Shown here one piece after another: positions 1 through 6,794 of a DNA stretch of 46,189 bases (its first letter is position 1; the number at the start of each line of letters is the position of its first letter). The position numbers and the translations under genes are program-made. The stretch lies in the NCBI GenBank assembly GCA_964541595.1, contig CAZIRO010000001.1, forward strand, positions 1 through 46,189. Reading direction: 5' to 3'. A model generated the notes under the pieces. That model was not told where the DNA came from. It worked only from the letters and a program-made list of their open reading frames with translations, and searched no databases. This DNA is from an uncultured Acidobacteriota bacterium (GTDB lineage Bacteria; Acidobacteriota; HRBIN11).

Positions 1-2
1 AA

Positions 3-2843
3 CGTCCGCCGAATGGGAAAGGTTTTGCACTAAAACATTGCCCTCTGCGTGAGAACCACCGGCACGGGGATCGCAATCCTTCTTTGTCGGTGCTATATAA
101 GGATGACCAGATTGTTGCCGTGCGGTGTTTCGCGGGATGCGATCGTGACGAGGTTCGGAAGGCGTTGGGGTTAGAGAAAAAATGCAGAAAAAAATTTACG
201 ACCGAGATTGCCCAACAGTCGGTTCCCACAGACCCTGTTTCCTGGATTGCTTTCTACTGCGATCTCGATCCGGCCTGGGTGGCCAGGGAAGCAATCGAAT
301 ATGGCCTCCAACTCATTGAAGATGAAAATGTGCCAGCGGTCGCCTTCACATGGCACGGTGTTGATGCCCGCAAAATCCGTCGGTGGCCTAAAAACTTTCG
401 ATGGGAAGGCTCTTTGCGTCCAGCGGTCTGGCCGCATCCTGAGGTTATTCGCGCAAGATTCCCCGACCACGATTGGCTTGTGATCACCGAAGGCGAATTT
501 GACACCTTAATTTTGCTTTATATGGGTGTGCCCGCAATCAGTACCACCAAGGGCGCTAACAGTAGCGTTTCGGGTCTCGGCTTGGAATTGAAACGCCTGG
601 GATTTAATAGGACTTTGATCGTTCCAGACAATGACGACGCTGGGCGTCGGTTTGCGAAACAAGCGGCAAAAGCGTTACAGGGCGAAAATTTAAAAGTTGT
701 AGTCGGCGACGTATGCCAACTGGGTCTTGGAAGTGCTATCACCGGGGAGAACGATCTCAGAGACGTTTGGATTGGACGTACAGACGTCGATGAGGATGAT
801 ATCCACCTGGCCTGTATTAGCGCGTTAAATGAGAGTGAGGAAAGCGCCGAAGACGTTGAAGTCGTTGATCTTGCTGACCTGCTGAAACAACCATCTACGC
901 CTATTCAGTGGTTGTTTAAAGATTTACTGCCCCTGGGCGGTTGCTACCTCCTCTTTGGACGGGCGAAGTCCGGGAAGTCATTCCTCACCCTCGACCTTCT
1001 TGAGTCTTTCCTGACAGGTTCCGCTGCCCTGGGCGTCTTTCCCAAGAAAGCAAACGGTCGAATGCTTATGCTGCCGCTCGAGGATGGCACAGAGAGGTTC
1101 AAGCGCCGCGTTCACGCCAGAAACCTGAATGTTGAAAGTGGTAAAGTATTGGTGCGCTTCGTGCCTCCGCAAGATATATTGCATTTCATTGAAACGACAG
1201 TTCACCGCTTCCCGGATATCAAATGCATCGTTATTGACACGCTCCCTGCGTTAATGCGGGAAGTCAAGTCTCTAAGGGACGTCTTCCAGCAGGACTATGA
1301 TCGCCTAAAAGGTCTGAACGACATGGCGCAGCGGTTGAGCATCACTATATTAATTATTGCTCACAAAAGGAAATCTTCCGCCGCTGATCCAGCGGATGAG
1401 ATCGCTGGTTCGGGGGGACTTCTGGCTGCGGTCGATGGGATTCTCATTCTCGACAGGAAGCGCGGGGAGGATTTTGCCGTACTGCACCGCTACATTCGGG
1501 ATGCAAAAGATGCGAAATTCGGCCTTCTTTTTAGGAGTCTCAAATGGCGATGTATTGGAGATGACGAAGTGGTTAAGAGCGAATACACAAAAGACAAAGT
1601 TGTGCGGATACTGATCAGGGAGGCGCCAGATGCCCTAACGCCCGATAATATTTTCAAAGAGTTGCGCAATGAAGGGGTAAAAATATCAGAGCGCCAATTG
1701 TATCGAGTCCTGAAAGACTTGGTTGATGAAGGGCGCATCGAAAGGCCCAAAAAAGGCCTTTACAGAATTAAGATAGAAATCCCCGGACCTGGCGGTGATG
1801 ACGATGACAATGACGGTGGCGGTGACGGCAGCGGGGGTACCCACGAGAACCCGGAAAATGATGGCCAAGATGTCAGTTTCGTACACCGGGATCACATTTC
1901 TTCTTACGTAGATAAGGACCTCCGTAGTGACGTAGAAACTGACATCACCCCCCCTAAAAAGGTGACATCGGCACTGACATCGGAAAACCGGGAAATGTCA
2001 GTTTCTGAGTTTTGCTTACGGGGATGGGAAACTCCGGGCAACTCTAAACTGACATCACCGCAAAAAGCAAGCACTGATGCGGAACAACGGGGTAGTGTCA
2101 CCGCGAACTCCCGCATCAGTACTGAAAAAGTTGGAGAAAGTGACATTTCCCAGAATTCCATGTCACCTTCGACGTCAGTACGAATGTCAGTTCGAATGTC
2201 AGTTCGAAATTCCTCATCAGGTAAGGAAAAAACTGTTGTTACTGACATTCTGACATCAAACGACGGGGACGACGATCCGGAATACGATCGAAATCGTAAA
2301 GGCGGACGGATAATCAGATTCCGGAACAATGCCACCATCGGTCCGGATGGTGAGGTGGTACCCATTGACCCACCCGATGACCTATCGGATCAGGCCCGGT
2401 CCGATCCGGACGTTCAACCGGAACCACCAGACCCCGAACCAACCGAACCCCGGTCCGAAAGTTGTCCGAGATGCGGAAGCGTTAACACGCGGAAATTCGG
2501 TCGTAGCAGGGGCAAGCAAAGATACCAGTGTCGAGACTGCAAACGCACGTGGACGTCAACACGTACTGATCAACACGGATCAACACACGCGGATCAACAC
2601 ACGTGTGTTGATCCCCCGAATGATCAACACGCGGGGATCAACACCAACGATCAACACACGGGGATCAACACCGATCAACACAAGGTCGATCAACACGACG
2701 ACGGTCTGTGTGATAACTTGAAACGCTCTACCCCGGACGGTCGCTGTCCGGAGTGTGGTCATCTGGTCGAGTCCTTTTTCGGTACATCAATGGTCGTGTG
2801 TAGAAACTGTGGCTGGGTGGGGGTTGCCAATAAAAAACCGTGA
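3..2843 (+). CDS. Primase/helicase-type replicase (CHC2 Zn finger - Toprim - RepA-like P-loop NTPase - wHTH - long low-complexity tail with two Zn ribbons), 5' partial
   Basis: The frame is open from base 3. RPPNGKGFALKHCPLRENHRHGDRNPSLSV...VRCFAGC is a CHC2-type primase zinc finger that starts upstream of the TTG at 84, so the gene is cut by the window edge. Toprim motifs are ITEGEFD and VPDNDDAGRRF. P-loop motifs are GRAKSGKSF (Walker A), CIVIDTL (Walker B-like) and LIIAHKRK. The wHTH reads ERQLYRVLKDLVDEGRIERPKKGLYRI. The C-terminal ~350 aa are acidic and repetitive, with ribbons CPRCG..QRYQCRDCKRTW (IS1 InsA-like) and CPECG..CRNCG. Confidence 0.85.
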   Translation, partial: RPPNGKGFALKHCPLRENHRHGDRNPSLSVLYKDDQIVAVRCFAGCDRDEVRKALGLEKKCRKKFTTEIAQQSVPTDPVSWIAFYCDLDPAWVAREAIEYGLQLIEDENVPAVAFTWHGVDARKIRRWPKNFRWEGSLRPAVWPHPEVIRARFPDHDWLVITEGEFDTLILLYMGVPAISTTKGANSSVSGLGLELKRLGFNRTLIVPDNDDAGRRFAKQAAKALQGENLKVVVGDVCQLGLGSAITGENDLRDVWIGRTDVDEDDIHLACISALNESEESAEDVEVVDLADLLKQPSTPIQWLFKDLLPLGGCYLLFGRAKSGKSFLTLDLLESFLTGSAALGVFPKKANGRMLMLPLEDGTERFKRRVHARNLNVESGKVLVRFVPPQDILHFIETTVHRFPDIKCIVIDTLPALMREVKSLRDVFQQDYDRLKGLNDMAQRLSITILIIAHKRKSSAADPADEIAGSGGLLAAVDGILILDRKRGEDFAVLHRYIRDAKDAKFGLLFRSLKWRCIGDDEVVKSEYTKDKVVRILIREAPDALTPDNIFKELRNEGVKISERQLYRVLKDLVDEGRIERPKKGLYRIKIEIPGPGGDDDDNDGGGDGSGGTHENPENDGQDVSFVHRDHISSYVDKDLRSDVETDITPPKKVTSALTSENREMSVSEFCLRGWETPGNSKLTSPQKASTDAEQRGSVTANSRISTEKVGESDISQNSMSPSTSVRMSVRMSVRNSSSGKEKTVVTDILTSNDGDDDPEYDRNRKGGRIIRFRNNATIGPDGEVVPIDPPDDLSDQARSDPDVQPEPPDPEPTEPRSESCPRCGSVNTRKFGRSRGKQRYQCRDCKRTWTSTRTDQHGSTHADQHTCVDPPNDQHAGINTNDQHTGINTDQHKVDQHDDGLCDNLKRSTPDGRCPECGHLVESFFGTSMVVCRNCGWVGVANKKP
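1870..2256. repeat. Iteron-like cluster of ~13 TGACAT / ATGTCA(GT) octamers in both orientations, embedded in the replicase ORF
   Basis: ACTGACAT starts at 1938, 1973, 2048 and 2241; TCTGACAT at 2249; GTGACAT at 1962 and 2140. The inverse ATGTCAGT starts at 1870, 1995, 2184 and 2196; ATGTCAC at 2160; ACGTCAGT at 2172. Confidence 0.8.
2552..2696. repeat. Array of GATCAACAC nonamers (9 direct, 1 inverted, 1 degenerate) embedded in the replicase ORF between its two Zn ribbons
   Basis: GATCAACAC starts at 2568, 2578, 2592, 2622, 2636, 2649, 2663, 2673 and 2688. Inverted GTGTTGATC is at 2605-2613 and degenerate GTCAACAC at 2555-2562. Spacing is 10-30 nt (mostly 10-15). Every unit carries a GATC. 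Confidence 0.85.
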
Positions 2844-2856
2844 TGGAGGTCGGACC

Positions 2857-3162
2857 ATGCCCAGATTGAGAACTTTTAGCACTTCCTGTCGAAAACTGGG
2901 TATAGATTGCCCCGCCGGTCAGGCGAGATTGCTGGCGCAGTTAGTAACAGAAAAACCCATCGGAACAAACTTGTTGTGCGGTTTTTGCGGACAACCGATA
3001 GGGTGGCGGTGGATTGATGCGGATGGTGAAAGGCTGACGATAGCGTGTCCGTTCTGTGAGTTAATCGTTTCCGGATACTTTTTCGTTCTGACGAGGTATG
3101 TGGCTGCATCAAAATCGGTAGAAAACTGGCTAAAAAGAACGGTGAAAGGCGACCAACCATGA
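2857..3162 (+). CDS. Small Zn-ribbon protein (101 aa), island ORFan
   Basis: ATG at 2857 is preceded by GGAGGT (2845-2850), 6 nt upstream. CGFCG...CPFC is a CxxC-x19-CxxC motif. Its stop overlaps the next start (ATGA at 3159-3162). Confidence 0.6.
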   Translation: MPRLRTFSTSCRKLGIDCPAGQARLLAQLVTEKPIGTNLLCGFCGQPIGWRWIDADGERLTIACPFCELIVSGYFFVLTRYVAASKSVENWLKRTVKGDQP

Positions 3163-3593
3163 AACCCAGAGGACCTACTTTCATGGATTTGTTCCAAAAA
3201 ATATTTGACATGCAGGATTCACCCAGGTGGATGAATGCATCCAGACTGCTACTGAATCTTGTTATCCGGAGTTTTCTCGTGTCTGCTGCGGATGAATTGT
3301 TCCGATGTTACTGTCCAGTATGTCCCAAACGGTTACACCGCACGATGGTGATTCGGGAAATCTCCATCCGCAGGATGGCAGTTACGCTGGAATGTGTGAC
3401 CTGCGGAACAAGGATTAATTTGCAGGCGTATTATCTGGTTCATATGCCATTGACCGAGACCAGTGTGTCGGCTATCGAAAAATGGTTGTTAACCTTCCGT
3501 GATAAGTACTACATTGCACTGCAGAAACAATTCAGTCAACTTCAGGATTTAGAAACTGATGATGGAATAAAATCTCTGATGATGGAGGGATGA
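3159..3593 (+). CDS. Small Zn-ribbon protein (144 aa), island ORFan
   Basis: CPVC...CVTC ribbon. ATGA overlaps link it to both neighbours (3159-3162 and 3590-3593). AT-rich codon usage is typical of the island. Confidence 0.6.
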   Translation: MKPRGPTFMDLFQKIFDMQDSPRWMNASRLLLNLVIRSFLVSAADELFRCYCPVCPKRLHRTMVIREISIRRMAVTLECVTCGTRINLQAYYLVHMPLTETSVSAIEKWLLTFRDKYYIALQKQFSQLQDLETDDGIKSLMMEG

Positions 3594-3943
3594 CGATGGC
3601 GGTAAAAGAAACCCACAATGTGATTTGTGATCACGTCCCGCAACTGCTGAATCAGGTTGGGGACATCGTGACCAGAATTAACACCCGGTTGCAGGGGATG
3701 GAGATTGCTCCACTTCACAAACTCCCTTCCAGTCTCAAGATCATCGTAATGTGGAACTACCGCACCGGCGGACTTGGGATTCGGGTGGCGGATAGAAGTG
3801 AACCCGTCAGCGTACGTCTCGTTCCGGACGTTGTGGCGATTTCCCTGACGCGAAAGGAACTCGATGGTCGTGACCCAGCCGTGGTGGTGAAAGAGAAACT
3901 CCGCCGAGCACTGGAGGGGATATGCCGGGTGGAGACGTTTTGA
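3590..3943 (+). CDS. Hypothetical protein (117 aa), island ORFan
   Basis: ATGA overlap with the upstream gene. An alternative ATG at 3596 lies 6 nt after GGAGGG. A hairpin terminator follows. Confidence 0.55.
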   Translation: MTMAVKETHNVICDHVPQLLNQVGDIVTRINTRLQGMEIAPLHKLPSSLKIIVMWNYRTGGLGIRVADRSEPVSVRLVPDVVAISLTRKELDGRDPAVVVKEKLRRALEGICRVETF

Positions 3944-3953
3944 GTCCGTAAAC

Positions 3954-3996
3954 GGGGAACATCATCACGGTGGTGTTCCCCATGTATCCATATTTT
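3954..3996 (+). terminator. Candidate intrinsic terminator of the island operon
   Basis: GGGGAACA (3954-3961) pairs with TGTTCCCC (3974-3981) around a 12-nt loop. It is followed by CATGTATCCATATTTTAG. Confidence 0.5.
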
Positions 3997-4078
3997 AGTT
4001 GAAATTTCGTTGCACTGGTTGTAATTTATAACCGTCCGGATCCATCGCAGGAAGCCCACTAACGGACAGAACGAACGG

Positions 4079-4120
4079 GTGAAGGGTCAGGGTACGTACC
4101 CCCTGACCTTCACCTTTTCC
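4079..4120 (+). terminator. Second hairpin plus T-run (tandem terminator, or 3' end of a short transcript)
   Basis: GTGAAGG-G-TCAGGG / CCCTGA-CCTTCAC forms a ~13-bp stem with one bulge and a TACGTAC loop. It is followed by CTTTTCC. Confidence 0.4.
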
Positions 4121-5169
4121 CGCTGTCAAAAATCCCCAAAATCCCGCTGAAATCCCGGCAAAAACACCGATAACCCCCTGCGGATACCCGTTAACGTCTG
4201 GTAAAATCACCGGAAACCGGGTAATCCCCGGCGTAACGGGTTATCGGTTTCCGCCGTGTGGGTCCATACCCATATAGGATATCTGTACTTCTACCCGATG
4301 TACCGGAAATCCGCTTCTATCTTAGTGATTCATGAAAGTGGAATTCCCTGGCGTAATAGGTGGATAAAATAAATGGTACCAGTTCCCTGTTCCCATCATG
4401 TTATCATACACCAAAAAGTGGTCATTTTATGAGACATACCGAATGCACCGAAATCCTTCATTATTCCGTGTGTTCCTGCCGTGTGGAATCAGTGTTGTTT
4501 GGATAAAACGGGTCGGTTTATGAGACGCCGGGGGATTCAGTATGGGATAGCGAATAGAAATGCTTTTTTACTAAAGAATTAGTTGTATCGAAACCGTTTA
4601 CCGGGGATGGCTGTTTAAAACTTTCCGGATGTTCAAAATTTGTGGACTGCACGGTATAAGGGGGGTACCAGCGCACGGGATGGTGATCCCGGTAGCCGGT
4701 ATGAAAATCTAAGGTTCCAGCGGCATACGGAAAGAAACTTCCGCAGGGTGGTGACGTGGAAAGTAGACAACGGGTGACCGGATGGATAGGTGAATGGATA
4801 CATGGGGACACTACCGGTACATCACGATCCGGATGTATCCCTTCCCCGGTACTTACCATCCGGACACCACCATCCGGACACCCGTGGTCCGGTCACTGTG
4901 TCATCGAAAACGTGCACAGAGAGCGCGTCAGAGAGCGTTTCAGGGTTCCGGATGGGTAAAGATACGTTTTTGTCCGGAACCCGTTCCGTGGGCGCGTGTT
5001 ATGCAACGTTTTGTCCGGAAACCAGTCTAAAGTACGAAAACAAACGCGCACAACGGATCTGACGACAGATAGGATACGGGGATAGGACCATCACCGGGTA
5101 TATCTCGTAGTGATAAATGGAAGAATCCTCCTAAGCCATATGTGCTACATCAACTGTACGGTTGTCTCG

Positions 5170-5529
5170 TTACTTCTTCTCTTTACTCTGAGTTTCAATT
5201 AATCGTTGGATAAACGCACGCGTCACATCTTCACTCTCATAGTTACGAATTACCTGAAGATCTGCACCGCAAAACCGACACCGGATTGCTTCCGCACGGA
5301 TCAGTTCCGCACAATAGGGACATTTCTTCATCGTCCCGGAACGAATTGCCTGAAGTTCTTTTGCCTCTTTTGTCGCTGGTGTTAAGAGAGCAGCCAGAAA
5401 TCCTAAAGGACCAAAGAGTAGGCCGATCACAAACCACGCACCGTACTCCCTCCCCTTTTCACGAGCGATATTCGCTGAAAGCCATCCAAAGAATAGACCC
5501 CCAAATAGAATACAGAGAAAGGCTTCCAT
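5170..5529 (-). CDS. Small membrane protein with C-terminal zinc ribbon (119 aa)
   Basis: Two N-terminal TM helices (FLCILFGGLFFGWL, WFVIGLLFGPLGFLAALL). The ribbon is CPYC..CRFC. SD GGAGAA lies ~7 nt upstream of the ATG at 5529. Confidence 0.7.
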   Translation of the reverse strand: MEAFLCILFGGLFFGWLSANIAREKGREYGAWFVIGLLFGPLGFLAALLTPATKEAKELQAIRSGTMKKCPYCAELIRAEAIRCRFCGADLQVIRNYESEDVTRAFIQRLIETQSKEKK

Positions 5530-5643
5530 GAATTTTCTCCTCTGTTAACAGAAAAACATACCAATCACCCAGAATACTGTCAAGCGAATTTCGGTTTACA
5601 CCCATATGGAACCCACACAGAAACACACATCACCCGTATCCAA

Positions 5644-5726
5644 CTCTGCCAATTCTGCCAAATTCCGGGTACATATCGCAGACATACGATAGACATTACT
5701 CTGCCAAGTCTGCCAAAATTTTCCGG
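5644..5726. repeat. Two ~25-nt direct repeats, each holding a doublet of TCTGCCAA, 55 nt apart
   Basis: CTCTGCCAATTCTGCCAAATTCCGG is at 5644-5668 and CTCTGCCAAGTCTGCCAAAATTTTCCGG at 5699-5726. TCTGCCAA starts at 5645, 5654, 5700 and 5709. Confidence 0.6.
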
Positions 5727-5831
5727 TTTTAGAGACAGAATTATCCAATTATCACATTTTAGTTTGAGTTGATTACCACATTTGAATGCATGGAATTGCG
5801 TGATTTGACGCAGGTTTCTGGTGGGTTGCGG

Positions 5832-5908
5832 TGGTGCGCCTGGGGGGACTCGAACCCCCGACCCCGAGATTAGGAATCTCGTGCTCTATCCTGCTGAGCT
5901 ACAGGCGC
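5832..5908 (-). tRNA. tRNA-Arg (anticodon CCT)
   Basis: The reverse complement folds as a canonical cloverleaf. Acceptor stem GCGCCTG/CAGGCGC; D stem GCTC/GAGC; anticodon stem CGAGA/TCTCG with loop TTCCTAA; T stem GGGGG/CCCCC with loop TTCGAGT. CCA is encoded. Confidence 0.95.
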
Positions 5909-5961
5909 ATCGTATCGTCCGTTTGGTGGCCCTCCATTTTGGGCACGGCAGCGGTGGGCCC

Positions 5962-6507
5962 CTACTCATCCTCCCGGAACGTGATGACCGAATACACCGG
6001 CGCGACGGTCAAACGATGCCGTCCGTTCAGATCCACCAGTTCGATCAAAAACAAAAACGCAGTCACTTTCGCACCCGCACGCTGCACCAGTTCGGCAGCG
6101 GCCAGCGCCGTTCCGCCCGTGGCCAGGAGATCGTCCACGATGAGGACCTTCTGACCTGGGTCCAGTGCATCCTTATGCATCTCCAGGACGGCACTGCCGT
6201 ATTCCAGAGAATACGTCGTTTCGATCGTGTCCGCGGGCAGTTTGCCCTTCTTGCGCACGATGACGAGACCCGCTCCCTTTCGGTATGCGATCACGGCACC
6301 GAAAATGTATCCACGCGCTTCCACCGCCAGCACATGGTCAAAATCCAGTTCAGCCACCCTCGCCCACATCGCCTCCACGGCCTGACGGAACGCGGCACCG
6401 TCTTTCAGCAGGGTCGTGATATCGCGAAACCGAATGCCCTGCACCGGAAAATCCGGAATCGTCCGGATATAGCGTTTCAATTCTTCAGCAACGGTTTCCG
6501 TCTGCAT
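5962..6507 (-). CDS. apt: Adenine phosphoribosyltransferase
   Basis: IPDFPVQGIRFRDITTLL and the PRPP-binding loop VLIVDDLLATGGTA. The start is set at the internal ATG (6505-6507) because the upstream 67 codons overlap rpmE and have no APRT-like sequence. Confidence 0.93.
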   Translation of the reverse strand: MQTETVAEELKRYIRTIPDFPVQGIRFRDITTLLKDGAAFRQAVEAMWARVAELDFDHVLAVEARGYIFGAVIAYRKGAGLVIVRKKGKLPADTIETTYSLEYGSAVLEMHKDALDPGQKVLIVDDLLATGGTALAAAELVQRAGAKVTAFLFLIELVDLNGRHRLTVAPVYSVITFREDE

Positions 6508-6526
6508 CGGCCTTGCCCTCTTCCAC

Positions 6527-6754
6527 TTATTCGGCACCCTCCTTGTTTTCTCCCAGGTAATCTCCGTACTTTCTGCGGAACCGTTCGATCCGGCCTTCCG
6601 TATCGACGTACTTCTGCTGACCGGTAAAGAACGGATGGCACTGTGAACAGATCTCCACCCGCAAAACGGGTTTGGTCGCGCGTGTGGTAAACGTATTCCC
6701 GCACGCACAAATCACCTGGGCGATCACATACTCCGGATGAATTCCCTCTTTCAT
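6527..6754 (-). CDS. rpmE: 50S ribosomal protein L31 (Zn-ribbon type)
   Basis: MKEGIHPEY...[10 protein letters not shown]...RFRRKY. Confidence 0.95.
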   Translation of the reverse strand: MKEGIHPEYVIAQVICACGNTFTTRATKPVLRVEICSQCHPFFTGQQKYVDTEGRIERFRRKYGDYLGENKEGAE

Positions 6755-6794
6755 CGGACCTCAACTCCTCAAAACGGATTGTGGGGTATATATC

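Larger units (their letters stand above)
1..5831. mobile_element. Distal part of an integrated replicative island (prophage/satellite/integrative-plasmid-like) lying against the 3' end of tRNA-Arg(CCT); left boundary off-window
   Basis: GC is visibly lower than in the rest of the window (sampled 60-nt lines ~38-50% versus ~60%). The replication-module genes (3-3943) are on + while nearly all flanking host genes are on -; the small 5170-5529 gene is on -. Content is a replicase, Zn-ribbon ORFans and iteron arrays. The island ends where the CCA end of the tRNA begins. No integrase or att duplicate is inside the window. Confidence 0.55.

Noticed and set aside
84-86. TTG at 84 as the true start of the replicase (as in the ORF track)
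   Set aside because: The same frame is open back to base 3 and encodes the first half of a CHC2 zinc finger (HCPLRENHRHGDRNPSLSV). The gene therefore begins upstream of the window.
2552-2696. GATCAACAC array (and the 1870-2256 cluster) as a CRISPR array
   Set aside because: Units are 8-9 nt with 1-8-nt gaps, there are no 25-40-nt unique spacers, the arrays lie inside an open reading frame, and no cas genes are present.
3944-5169. Decayed integrase or transposase gene in the ORF-poor region next to the tRNA
   Set aside because: Translations of the available ORFs (4518-4859 on -, and 4756-5062 on +) show no recombinase motifs (no R..H.LRH..Y-type pattern or DDE). This cannot be fully excluded without a frameshift-tolerant database search.
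5821-6627. 268-aa + strand ORF
   Set aside because: It overlaps the tRNA-Arg gene and is antisense to apt. It is a typical high-GC shadow ORF with Arg/Gly/Pro-rich nonsense composition.
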